DNA of 64,000 nt. It comes from Propioniciclava sp. Its GTDB lineage: Bacteria > Actinomycetota > Actinomycetes > Propionibacteriales > Propionibacteriaceae. Shown here piece by piece: positions 27,929 to 36,559 of this stretch (the stretch's first letter is position 1; each line of letters starts with the position of its first letter). Both the position numbers and the translations under genes were made by a program. Location of the stretch: NCBI RefSeq assembly GCF_047602245.1, contig NZ_JASGHT010000001.1, positions 1,463,896-1,527,895 on the forward strand. Reading direction: 5' to 3'. Below the pieces are notes generated by a model that made no database searches, was not told where the DNA came from, and saw only the letters and a list, made by a program, of their open reading frames with translations.

Positions 27929-29491
27929 TCAGCCGGTGATGGTGGTGAGGAGGATGGCGCGCGCGTCATGCACCTGGAGCGCGTAGTAGCCGTACACGCC
28001 AAGGTCGACGCCGCCGTGGGCCAGGTCGAGGGCCTGGACCTTGACGGGGCCGCTCTTGGGCTGGTGCAGCTTGGCCGCGCGCGCGTCGAACGCGAGGACC
28101 TGGCCGGCGGGCAGACCGTGGTTGACCGCGAACTTCAGGCCGCCGGCGGTGCCGGAGTTCGTGCCCAGGTTGATCTCTCCCTGCCGCTGCAGCCACCACG
28201 GCACTTCGTCGGGGACGAGGTTGGTGAAGGCGGCCCAGACGTCGGGCGCCATCGCGATGACGTTGAGGGAGCTGCCGAGCTGCCCGGCGACCGTTCCAAG
28301 CTTGCCGAGCGCCTCGGTGAGGCTCGCCGACGGCGCGACGACGGTAGCGGAGGTGCGGAGCTCGGTGGCCGCCGCGGCTTCGAGCTTGCGCTTGAAGTCG
28401 GCGGTGGCGGCGGTGAAGACCGATGTGATGAAGCTGCCGTCGCCGAGGTCGAGGTAGATTCGATCGACATCCCAGCCGCCGGCGAGCCGCTTGGCGGTGG
28501 CTTCGGCGGGGATGGTGGAGATGGGGCCGGTCGGGATCTCGGCCTTGTTGCCCGTGTAGGGCGCGACCTGCGGCTTGATGTTCCACTTCCAGCCCTGGAC
28601 CTTGGTCGAGGTCAGGTCGCCCTTGCTGAGGGCGTCCACGATGGGCGTGTCGGTGTTGTCGGCGGTCCACAGCTCGTTGAGCCAGCTGGGGCGGCCGATG
28701 AACCCGTGGCCGGCGTCGTTGGCGGGCACGATGTCGGCGAGTGCGGCGGTGACCTGGGCGGCCTTGCCGCCGGCGGTGAGCGCGGTCGCGATGGCCTGGG
28801 TGGCCTGGGCGGCGGTCATGATGGCCGGCTGCTCGGGCGTGTACGGGGCGGGCGCGATCGCCGGTGCCGGTGCGGGGTTGTGGGCCTGCTGGCTGGCTCG
28901 CACGGTGCACACGCGGCTGTCGGTGAAGGCGGGCAGGCTGACGAGGGACACTTCGTCGAGGGCTGCCTCGGTGACCTCGGTGATGACGCCGTCTGCGCCG
29001 CGGTGGTGCATGGTGAGGTTGGCGCCGATGCTGAGACCGTCGCGGATGCCGTTGGCGGCCTTGGCGAGGGCTTCGTCGCCGGCGTCGCCTGCGGGCACGT
29101 GGAAGGTGGCGCGGACGCCGTCCTCGTCCTGCTCGATGGCGGTGGCGTATCCGACGGCGCGGGTGCGGTCGTGGTCGATGAGGAGCTTGATGCGCTTGAG
29201 GTCGGGGTGGTGACGGATGCTGCCGGCGGCGAACCGGACGGCGCCCATGCTGGTGCGCTGCGCGATGACGCCGTAGGGCAGGATGATGCCGCTGAGGGTG
29301 CGGGCCGTGGTGTCGAGGGTGAGGTCGGACTGCAGCGACAGCGTGACGCTGACGGGCGCCACCTCGGATGCTGTGCCGGCCGGGGTGGGCGACGGGGGGA
29401 CATCGCGGGCCGGTGTGGCGTCCGGGGTGACGCTCGACGGCGTCACGGGGGTGGGTGCCTGGGAGGCGGTCAGGTAGAGCGAGGGGGTCAT
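27929..29491 (-). CDS. prohead protease (HK97/S78-like) fused to HK97-fold major capsid protein
   Basis: The N-terminal third (LSGIILPYGV...LLIDHD...GLSIG) is protease-like and the C-terminal 300 aa are capsid-like. No separate protease or scaffold gene is present. Confidence 0.8.
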   Translation of the reverse strand: MTPSLYLTASQAPTPVTPSSVTPDATPARDVPPSPTPAGTASEVAPVSVTLSLQSDLTLDTTARTLSGIILPYGVIAQRTSMGAVRFAAGSIRHHPDLKRIKLLIDHDRTRAVGYATAIEQDEDGVRATFHVPAGDAGDEALAKAANGIRDGLSIGANLTMHHRGADGVITEVTEAALDEVSLVSLPAFTDSRVCTVRASQQAHNPAPAPAIAPAPYTPEQPAIMTAAQATQAIATALTAGGKAAQVTAALADIVPANDAGHGFIGRPSWLNELWTADNTDTPIVDALSKGDLTSTKVQGWKWNIKPQVAPYTGNKAEIPTGPISTIPAEATAKRLAGGWDVDRIYLDLGDGSFITSVFTAATADFKRKLEAAAATELRTSATVVAPSASLTEALGKLGTVAGQLGSSLNVIAMAPDVWAAFTNLVPDEVPWWLQRQGEINLGTNSGTAGGLKFAVNHGLPAGQVLAFDARAAKLHQPKSGPVKVQALDLAHGGVDLGVYGYYALQVHDARAILLTTITG

Positions 29492-30594
29492 TTTGGGTCT
29501 CCTTCGAGAGGGGTTCCGGTTTCGATTGCGATGCATTGTTCGGCGGTGTAGATGCCGGCTTCCTGGGCGGCTTTGTAGCCGGCCATCCGGTCGGCGAAGT
29601 CGGGGGTCGTGAGTTGCTCGACGAGGGCGTGCGCCCAGGTGCCTCGTGGCAGCACGTCGTCGAGGGACAGCCGGCCGCCGATGGCGTCGAAGTAGCCGGT
29701 GAGGCTGAGGTCGAGGAGTTCACGCATGCGTGAGGGGCTGTTGCTGTAGGTGATGCTGCTGCCGCCGACCTCGGCGTCGACGGCCCAGGCGGGGAGTCCC
29801 ATGGCCTGGGCGATGTCGAGGGAGCTGGCTTTGCGGCCGGCGATGAGTAGTTGTTCGGCGGGCAGGCCGTGGGTGCGGAGCTCGATGGCCTGGTTCGTGT
29901 AGCTCACGGCGCCGTTGGGGTTATTGCGTGCGGCGATCCATCGGGCGATGAGCTGATCGATCTCTTCCTTGGTGAGCTTGTCGCCCTGGGTCTGGTGGAG
30001 CTCGAGTGCGGGGGTGGGGTTCGCGGCGGTGCGACCGTAGGCCTTGCTGATGGCGCGGGCGGCTTTGAGGACGTCTTGGCCGTAGACGAGGAGGCCTTCG
30101 TGCGGCCCGTCGATGCGGATGATGTTTTCGGGCGGCGTGCGGATTCCGCGCACGTAGTAGTGCTCGCTGTCCCAGGTGATCGCGGACTCGGGCACCCACT
30201 CGACGCAGGTGATGCGCTGGTTGTAGTCGCGGGCGCGGGCGATCCACCAGGCGCGGCCGTAGAACAGCAGGGCGTCGGCGGTCCATGCGTAGGTGAGCGC
30301 TCGGGCGCGGGCGTTGCCCTCGGGCTGGGTGATGATGGCCGGCTGGGGGTGGGTGCGCTTGGTGCCGGTGCGGGCTTCCCACGCGACTCGGCCGAGGGTC
30401 TGGCAGATGACGTTGCGGCCGCGGGCGACGGCGGGGATGGCCATCGCTTGGGCTCGGGTCACGGGGGTGTGGTCGTCCGCGAGGTCGTAGAGGTGCTGCA
30501 GCGTGATGGCCTGGAGGTGGGTGGGGCCGGCGTAGGGCGTGAGCACGCCGGTTTGGTTCGCGGCACCGAAGCCGAGCCACTGCAGGAGACCCAT
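29488..30594 (-). CDS. portal protein (HK97 family)
   Basis: 368 aa, located between the terminase and capsid genes; ATGA overlap with the capsid gene. Confidence 0.88.
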   Translation of the reverse strand: MGLLQWLGFGAANQTGVLTPYAGPTHLQAITLQHLYDLADDHTPVTRAQAMAIPAVARGRNVICQTLGRVAWEARTGTKRTHPQPAIITQPEGNARARALTYAWTADALLFYGRAWWIARARDYNQRITCVEWVPESAITWDSEHYYVRGIRTPPENIIRIDGPHEGLLVYGQDVLKAARAISKAYGRTAANPTPALELHQTQGDKLTKEEIDQLIARWIAARNNPNGAVSYTNQAIELRTHGLPAEQLLIAGRKASSLDIAQAMGLPAWAVDAEVGGSSITYSNSPSRMRELLDLSLTGYFDAIGGRLSLDDVLPRGTWAHALVEQLTTPDFADRMAGYKAAQEAGIYTAEQCIAIETGTPLEGDPK

Positions 30595-30616
30595 ACCCGA
30601 CAGGATGGAGGGGAGG

Positions 30617-30811
30617 TTACACAGTGGGCGATTGGCGGCGTTTCGCCATCTGCGCGGCGTTGCGGGCGCGGTGGGTGTTGGGGTGGCAAGAGGCCTCGTG
30701 CTCGGCGGCGTAGAGGTATGCCTGGTTGTCGGTGAGGGCTAGTGATCTCCAGCATGGGCAGGTGGTGCACCAGACGACGATGCTGGATGGTGAGCGGTCG
30801 AGGCGGATCAT
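30617..30811 (-). CDS. small Cys/His-rich hypothetical protein
   Basis: 64 aa with CTTCPC...H..SCH; ATGA overlap with the terminase stop. Confidence 0.45.
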   Translation of the reverse strand: MIRLDRSPSSIVVWCTTCPCWRSLALTDNQAYLYAAEHEASCHPNTHRARNAAQMAKRRQSPTV

Positions 30812-32220
30812 CCGAACACCAGGAGGGGGGTTTCGGGTTCGGGTTCGAGTTCGGCGGCGCGGATGGCGCAGAGTGCTGCGATGAGGTCGTCGATGGGGCC
30901 GGCGGACAGGTGCCGGGTGAAGGCCCAGCCCTCGCCGAGTGGGCGGTGCGCGGCGGCGGCCCAGGCGTTGCGGAGCGATGGGGTGGCGTCGTGGATGAGT
31001 TGGCGGGTGTTCGCGCGCCACAGGATCGTGCTGCAGGCGGTGGTGAAGTCGCGTCCGCCGATGGTGGTGACCTTGCGGCCGTCGCGGATGAGTTGGTCGG
31101 TGACTTGGCGGACGGGGCCGTCGTCGTGCGCGACGAGGCGGGCGCGATCGCCGAGCGTTTCGCGGGTGGCGGTGACGGCGTCGGCGACCCAGTCCATGCC
31201 GGGGGCGGAGGCGATGACCTTGAGGACGGCTTTGCCGTTGTCGTCGAGCCAGGACGTCCACACGGCGGAGTGGCTGCGGTCGTGGTGGACGTCGTAGCCG
31301 AGACCGATCGGGCGGCGGTCGGGCGGCGGCGTGATGATGCCGGCGAGGGCGTCCCAGACGAGGAGGTCGAGGACGGCTTCGGTGGTGACGCTGGTGAGGT
31401 TGCCGTAGGCGCGGCGCCACTCGCCGGGCGGGCAGTGTAGGGACTGCTCGGCGAGGCTGTCGGCGGTCATGGTGTGCCCGAGCGCGGGGTGGTAGGTGGA
31501 CCACACGGCGGGGTCGTAGAGGTCGGCGTCCTCGGGCGCGCAGTACTCGATGTACCCGATGCTGGCGTTCGGGTCGGCGGTCGCGGCGCGGCCGCTGTCG
31601 ATCCAGCCTTGGAACCATGTCGCGCTGGCGTCGCCCTTGGTGCTGATGAGCCAAAGCTGTCGGTCGATGAGGGTGGACTGGGCCGGCAGGATCGCGCCGA
31701 GTAGGTCGGTGCCCTCGTCCTCGGTGTGCGCGAAGGCCTCGTCAAGCGCGACGAACGGCGGCGTGTACCCATGCAGCGATGTCGACGTCGGAGCAAATGG
31801 GCTGATCTGCGAGTCGGTGCGCAGGAACGTCAGTGCGGGACTGCCGGCAGCCTCGCGGGTCTTGGTGTAGGCGCGGAGGACCTCGTTGCGGTTGACGATC
31901 TTGACGAGGTCCTTCCACCGGGCGGTGGCGTCCTTGCCTGTCTGCGCCGAGTAGAAGCCGAGCCAGTCGGGTCGGGTCATCGCCCGGTGCGTCATGAGGG
32001 CACGAAGGACCGTCGTCTTGCCGGACTGGCGTGGCACGGTCACGACCATGATCGGATAGCGCCATGAGCCGTCTGCGCGGCGCTCGCTGGCGATGCGGGC
32101 GGTGAGAGCCTGCCAGGGCATGAGCGGCGTTCCGAGCGCGGCAGCGACGGCGCGGATTTCGGCGAGGTCGTGCGCTGCTCGCGGGTCGGGTCGTGTCCAC
32201 CAGGTCGGGCGGGCGGTCAT
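30808..32220 (-). CDS. terminase large subunit
   Basis: Walker A-like VPRQSGKT plus a C-terminal nuclease region; 470 aa. Confidence 0.9.
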   Translation of the reverse strand: MTARPTWWTRPDPRAAHDLAEIRAVAAALGTPLMPWQALTARIASERRADGSWRYPIMVVTVPRQSGKTTVLRALMTHRAMTRPDWLGFYSAQTGKDATARWKDLVKIVNRNEVLRAYTKTREAAGSPALTFLRTDSQISPFAPTSTSLHGYTPPFVALDEAFAHTEDEGTDLLGAILPAQSTLIDRQLWLISTKGDASATWFQGWIDSGRAATADPNASIGYIEYCAPEDADLYDPAVWSTYHPALGHTMTADSLAEQSLHCPPGEWRRAYGNLTSVTTEAVLDLLVWDALAGIITPPPDRRPIGLGYDVHHDRSHSAVWTSWLDDNGKAVLKVIASAPGMDWVADAVTATRETLGDRARLVAHDDGPVRQVTDQLIRDGRKVTTIGGRDFTTACSTILWRANTRQLIHDATPSLRNAWAAAAHRPLGEGWAFTRHLSAGPIDDLIAALCAIRAAELEPEPETPLLVFG

Positions 32221-32558
32221 GCGTTGACCTCGAGCTCGGCGCGCGCGGCGACGCAAGCGGGGCACGGACAGTTCGGGCACCGGGCCGCGCCGCGGATCGC
32301 GGTGATCAGCGCGTCCCAGGCGTCGCCGCCCTGCTCGGGCAAGTCGTCGAGGGCCTCACGCAGCTGCGCGGCGAGCGGCGCCACCGCGTAGGCCGGCGCG
32401 CGGCTAATGCGCTGGGCGAGCTCGAGCACCAGCGCGGCGCGGAGCTCGAGCGCCGGACCGAGCATCCCGGACGCCCTCAGCCGCTCGACGTGGCGGGTAG
32501 CGGACACGCCGAGCGCGCCGAGCTCGTGCGGGGCGACTTCGAGGCCTGGCAGGGTCAC
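32217..32558 (-). CDS. putative terminase small subunit
   Basis: Called from its position between the HNH and TerL genes. GTGA and ATGA overlaps. Confidence 0.45.
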   Translation of the reverse strand: MTLPGLEVAPHELGALGVSATRHVERLRASGMLGPALELRAALVLELAQRISRAPAYAVAPLAAQLREALDDLPEQGGDAWDALITAIRGAARCPNCPCPACVAARAELEVNA

Positions 32559-32980
32559 TTTTTCTCCTGGGTGGGCGTGTTTATGCTTGTCAACGGCCAG
32601 TTGAGGGGGCGCTGCTCGATCGCGGACGGGCGGGTCGGCTGGGCGGGGTCGGGTTTTGTCAGGGCCGGGGAAAGAGGTCCAGTGACTCCGGCAAGAGTCG
32701 TTGGCGGCGAGCTGAAAAACGCGAGGTCGGTGAACGCTGATGGCGTGGCCGGTAGCGGCGTGACGCCTCGCTCCTGGTTGCACCTGCGGCGACATGTGGG
32801 GCATGGCTTGTGGTGCACAGGCCTGAGGTTGGCCAGGCTGTCCGGGCCGCCGAGTGAGCGCGGGATGAGGTGATCGGCGCTGTCGCTGGCTGCGTGCAGG
32901 CACAGGTGACACACGTCACCGAAGGTCTCGTGCACGAGTTGGACCAGACGCCGGGCGCGGAGCCCTCCCCACGTCTTCAC
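32555..32980 (-). CDS. HNH endonuclease (packaging-associated)
   Basis: CHLC...DHLIPRSLGGPDSLANLRPVH HNH motif; adjacent to the terminase genes as in HK97-like cos phages. Confidence 0.85.
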   Translation of the reverse strand: MKTWGGLRARRLVQLVHETFGDVCHLCLHAASDSADHLIPRSLGGPDSLANLRPVHHKPCPTCRRRCNQERGVTPLPATPSAFTDLAFFSSPPTTLAGVTGPLSPALTKPDPAQPTRPSAIEQRPLNWPLTSINTPTQEKK

Positions 32981-33753
32981 AGCAGGGTGGGCGACTCGAA
33001 CCGCGCGCGGCGCAGTGCTGCGCGTGTCGCGGCGAGCCCGGCCGCCGCGACCTCGGTGCTCCCGGTGGGGACTTCCCTGATCAGGGACGCCGCCGTCCGT
33101 GCTGGGTTGCGGCGCAGGATGGTGCGGCAAGCGGGACACGGGTGCACTTCGCCCGGTGGCGGGATTGGGATGTCGTGGATGCACACTTGCATGGCCGTGG
33201 TCTCCTTTCGTGGCGGTATGTCGACGGCTGGGAGACGCCGCCGGCCCGGTGGGGCGGCGTCCTCCTTTCCCTCTCTGAGGGGAAGGCTCGAATTCAGTTC
33301 CCCTTGATCCGGCAAGGGGCGATGCGTCGTCTTGCGGGGCCACAGCGTGTGGTTGCGCACTGTGTGGCGGATCCGGTGGGCCGTCGCCGCGCGGTGCTCA
33401 CGCCGCGCCGTGCGGGCTTGCCGGCGGGCGTCCTCGACGACGCGGGCGAGCTGGCCGGCGTAGACCTTGATCCAGCCCGGACGCGGGCGTCCGGCCTCGA
33501 TGTGGCCACGTGTCCACCGGATCAGCCGGAACGCTTCCAGGACGTGCAAGCACTTACGTGTCCACTTCGTCGAGAGCCCGACCCGCTGAGCGAGCTGCCG
33601 GGCCGTGATCACCACGGCCCGGTCAGACTGGAGATGCACAAGGCAGCGGAGGACGTCCCGGACGCCGCGATACTGGCGGCCGTCCAGGACGCCGTAGGAC
33701 TCGATGCCCTCCAGCTGCGCCCACAGCACACGACATGGCGTCGTCGTGGTCAC
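32977..33753 (-). CDS. winged-HTH DNA-binding protein with C-terminal Cys cluster (possible replication initiator)
   Basis: ITARQLAQRVGLSTKWTRKCLHVLEAFRLIRW is wHTH-like. GTGA overlaps at both ends. Confidence 0.5.
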   Translation of the reverse strand: MTTTTPCRVLWAQLEGIESYGVLDGRQYRGVRDVLRCLVHLQSDRAVVITARQLAQRVGLSTKWTRKCLHVLEAFRLIRWTRGHIEAGRPRPGWIKVYAGQLARVVEDARRQARTARREHRAATAHRIRHTVRNHTLWPRKTTHRPLPDQGELNSSLPLREGKEDAAPPGRRRLPAVDIPPRKETTAMQVCIHDIPIPPPGEVHPCPACRTILRRNPARTAASLIREVPTGSTEVAAAGLAATRAALRRARFESPTLL

Positions 33754-33947
33754 AATGACCTCCCGAGGACCCGCGCGCACTCGACACACCACACGCCGAC
33801 GAACCGGTCATCGACCAACAACGCCGTGTACGACTGACGCGGCGTGATCACCTGCGTGCACCACACCGTGCCGCCCGAACAGGACACCGTCCGGGTCGCC
33901 GTCCGGGACACCTGGCGGGCATAGCGGACCTGATCGTGCGGGATCAC
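33750..33947 (-). CDS. hypothetical protein
   Basis: 65 codons, linked by GTGA overlaps into the operon chain. Confidence 0.35.
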   Translation of the reverse strand: MIPHDQVRYARQVSRTATRTVSCSGGTVWCTQVITPRQSYTALLVDDRFVGVWCVECARVLGRSL

Positions 33948-34069
33948 GGCCGACCACCGCGCCCGAACAACCAAGCCAACAGCTCCGCCACACCCACAGC
34001 GAGCGCCGGCAACGCCAACACCACAACGAGCACCACGGCCACGACGTTCAAGACATCGAAAAGGCTCAT
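33944..34069 (-). CDS. 41-aa single-pass membrane protein
   Basis: MSLFDVLNVVAVVLVVVLALPALAVGVAELLAWLFGRGGRP. Too short for the ORF track. ATGA overlap with the upstream gene. Confidence 0.4.
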   Translation of the reverse strand: MSLFDVLNVVAVVLVVVLALPALAVGVAELLAWLFGRGGRP

Positions 34070-34569
34070 GAGGTGCGCACCACCCGGTAGCCGAGACGGG
34101 CGAGACCGTGGGCGACCGCCTCAGCGAGAGCCGGAACCGTGGCCAGGATCAACGGCGGCTTACTGGAGTCCGGCGACCCCGGAGCGCCCGCCCACGGTGT
34201 CGCCATCAAGATGTCGGAGAGCGTCAGCTGCAAGTCGACATCCGGCACAGCCGCCGGCGGCGCTAGGTCGACCGTCCGCACACCCTCGCGGCGCGCCTTG
34301 TCACGGTCCGCCAACGCGTCAGCCACAGCAGCGGAGATCCGCGCGTCAAGTGGACCAACCGGATGACGGCGAGGCGGATGCAACTCGGTCAACGCCAACG
34401 ACGTCACCGCCTCCGCGATCACCCGCAACCAGTCCGGCGGTGGCTCATCAAGCAGCAGCGCACGCGCCGCCAGGGCATGCGCCTGCGCCCACCGACGAGG
34501 ATCAGGCCGATCCAAAACAGCAGGGTCAACAGGACGGGGATCATCGGCCGAAGCCGCCAAAGTAGTCAT
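34066..34569 (-). CDS. hypothetical early protein (first gene of the leftward operon)
   Basis: 167 aa starting at MTTLAASADD; divergent from the XRE gene. Confidence 0.5.
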   Translation of the reverse strand: MTTLAASADDPRPVDPAVLDRPDPRRWAQAHALAARALLLDEPPPDWLRVIAEAVTSLALTELHPPRRHPVGPLDARISAAVADALADRDKARREGVRTVDLAPPAAVPDVDLQLTLSDILMATPWAGAPGSPDSSKPPLILATVPALAEAVAHGLARLGYRVVRTS

Positions 34570-34570
34570 A

Positions 34571-34650
34571 CGGCAGAGACTTTGCCGAATCGGCAGATAA
34601 TTCAACGCGCCACGCCGATGAGTGGGCAGAATGTTTGCCGACACGGCAGA
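34571..34650. promoter_or_regulatory. two 27-bp operator-like repeats in the divergent control region
   Basis: CGGCAGAgacTTTGCCGAatCGGCAGA (34571-34597) and GGGCAGAatgTTTGCCGAcaCGGCAGA (34624-34650). Confidence 0.6.
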
Positions 34651-34670
34651 GGACTTACTACGGTGGCAAC

Positions 34671-34940
34671 ATGACAACCGTTACTCCCCTACCCGACCGG
34701 AATGGGTTGGTGGCGACAATCGCCGAGAACGTACGCGTGGCCGCTGCGCGGCGAGGGTGGAATCAGAGCGATCTTGCGCGGGCGCTTGGCGTGACCAGCG
34801 CGACGGTCAGCCGAAAGTGGTTTGGCGCGCGCCAGTGGCAGCTAACAGAGCTTGAGGATGTGGCAAAGGTCCTGGGCGTTGACGTCCAGGACCTATTGCG
34901 CGCTCGGAGGGACTCGAACCCCCAACCTGCTGATCCGTAG
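34671..34940 (+). CDS. XRE-family repressor, prophage (truncated) form; 3' end lies inside the attR/tRNA sequence
   Basis: WNQSDLARALGVTSATVSRKWFG is an HTH. The last 14 codons plus the stop are read from the tRNA-Arg complement. Confidence 0.8.
   Translation: MTTVTPLPDRNGLVATIAENVRVAAARRGWNQSDLARALGVTSATVSRKWFGARQWQLTELEDVAKVLGVDVQDLLRARRDSNPQPADP
34898..34932 (-). repeat. attR core (35 bp), part of the intact tRNA-Arg
   Basis: Identical to 18734..18768. Confidence 0.9.
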
Positions 34941-34971
34941 TCAGCTGCTCTATCCATTAAGCTACGAGCGC
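34899..34971 (-). tRNA. tRNA-Arg (anticodon ACG)
   Basis: Hand-folded 73-nt cloverleaf: GCGCTCG/CGAGCGC acceptor stem, anticodon loop CTACGGA, T-loop TTCGAGT. No CCA is encoded. Confidence 0.9.
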
Positions 34972-35032
34972 TTGGTCGGTGACCGAGGCAATACTTTAGC
35001 CCAATCCCGGACGACCGCCAAATGGAGCCCTC

Positions 35033-35491
35033 ATGGACGACGCTCACACCGCACGGCTCACCGAACAGTGGGGCCTCACCGCGGACGCCCAGCGCGCGCT
35101 ACTCAGCCGATTGCGCCCGCGGACAGCGTCGGTCGAGTTCGTGGTCCGCCCCCGCACGGGCGCACCGGAGCCGCTGGCCGATCTGCTGGCGCCGTTCGCG
35201 CCGGCGTCCACCATCGGTGTCGGACGCCGCCCCGGCTACCCACGCCCCGAACCGGAAGCCGTCGTGCTGGTCTGCCGCACGCAGCGGTCCCTGTTCGCAC
35301 TGCTCGCCGACATCGGGTTGTTCACGGTCGAGCCGAGCCCGCACGGCGATCACATCACCCCGACCGCCCTCGGCACCGCCGATCTCGGGTTCTTCGACGC
35401 CGACGGACGCCTCCTCTGCGCAGTCGTCACCCACGAGGGGCTCGTCTTCGCCGACGCCGCTTTGCTCACCACCCACGAGACCGCGAACTGA
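35033..35491 (+). CDS. hypothetical protein
   Basis: 152 aa with good GC3 bias; no family recognised. Confidence 0.5.
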   Translation: MDDAHTARLTEQWGLTADAQRALLSRLRPRTASVEFVVRPRTGAPEPLADLLAPFAPASTIGVGRRPGYPRPEPEAVVLVCRTQRSLFALLADIGLFTVEPSPHGDHITPTALGTADLGFFDADGRLLCAVVTHEGLVFADAALLTTHETAN

Positions 35492-35742
35492 CCCCACGGC
35501 CCGCCACTCACGCACCTTCGCGCACGAGTTGCACCGTCACGCACGAAATCTCGTCGGCAACGGTTCAACTCGTGCGCGCGAGCGTCAGGTCACGCAGAAG
35601 CGCCGTCGATGTAGAGACGTGGCGAGTAGACGCACCACGATCTTGCATTGATGGCGCGGACACCGTCGTGCAGTCCGTCCAAGGCGGGACCGCGACCTGA
35701 TCCCCCGGCCAGTGCGGACATCGGCATCGAGTGATCGCTTCC

Positions 35743-35782
35743 GTGCGGGATCGTGGTCCGACTACGGACCAAGATCCCGCAC
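35743..35782 (-). terminator. 18-bp stem hairpin downstream of the VOC gene
   Basis: GTGCGGGATCGTGGTCCG-ACTA-CGGACCAAGATCCCGCAC with one mismatch and no U-tract. Confidence 0.4.
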
Positions 35783-35858
35783 TGGAATGACCTGCGTGCC
35801 AGCAGCTCACTCGGCGGCGCCCCGAGCTACCTCCCCGCCGGCGACGGCGTCCGGACCC

Positions 35859-36233
35859 TCAGAGGTACGGGTGGGTGATCAGCTCCAGGTAGTGGCCGGA
35901 CGGGTCGAGCAGGTACACGCCGCGTCCGTCGTGCTCGTGGTTGATCTCACCGGGACGCGTCCGCTGCGGGTCGGCCCAGTGCTCGCGTCCCTGAGCCCGG
36001 ATCGTGGCGCAGGCGCGGTCGAAGTGGTCGTCGTCCAGCAGGTAGGCGTAATGCTGCGGCGGGAACTCGAACGGCGGCGCCGCGAACTGAAGCAGGACGC
36101 CGTCGCCGATCTGGATGTTGGTGAACACGCCCCACGAGGCGGCCTCGTCCGCTTCGAGCAGGTCGAGGTAGAACGCAGCCATGACGGCCGGGTCGAGTGA
36201 GGCGATGATGGTGTGGTTGAAACGTGCGGTCAT
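35859..36233 (-). CDS. VOC/glyoxalase family protein
   Basis: 124 aa, FNHTI...HYAYLLDD...YLLDPSGHYLELI. Confidence 0.8.
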   Translation of the reverse strand: MTARFNHTIIASLDPAVMAAFYLDLLEADEAASWGVFTNIQIGDGVLLQFAAPPFEFPPQHYAYLLDDDHFDRACATIRAQGREHWADPQRTRPGEINHEHDGRGVYLLDPSGHYLELITHPYL

Positions 36234-36559
36234 GGGATCTCCTTGGGTCATCGATGGTTGGTGAATCGCATCGATGCCAGGAGGAGCGCGGATCAGGGAA
36301 CGACCAGATCGCCGTTCCGGGAGCGGCCACCACGGGCCTGACTGGTCTTCATCGCGGCCACTCTATCCGAGAGGTCTCCGGACCCCCGACGATGAGATCA
36401 CCGACTTCGCGGCCGGCGGCACCGCCTGATGGCCTGAGGCAAGGCCGGAGCACCGACCAGGTGGACCGGGGTCGTCCGGAAGTGCGGCGTGAGTACGACT
36501 TCAGGCCACCATCGGCTCCCGAAGGCCGCGCGGGAGGACCGGGCTTCTACGCTCGGTGC

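Larger units (their letters stand above)
18734..34932. mobile_element. integrated 16.2-kb siphovirus-like prophage in tRNA-Arg(ACG)
   Basis: Bounded by 35-bp direct repeats. Carries a tyrosine integrase, XRE repressor, terminase, portal, protease-capsid, tail, tape measure and lysis genes. Confidence 0.9.

Noticed and set aside
27878-29723. 557-aa plus-strand and 585-aa minus-strand ORFs across the capsid region
   Set aside because: These are alternative frames of the protease-capsid and portal genes, with low-complexity Gly/Arg/Pro content.
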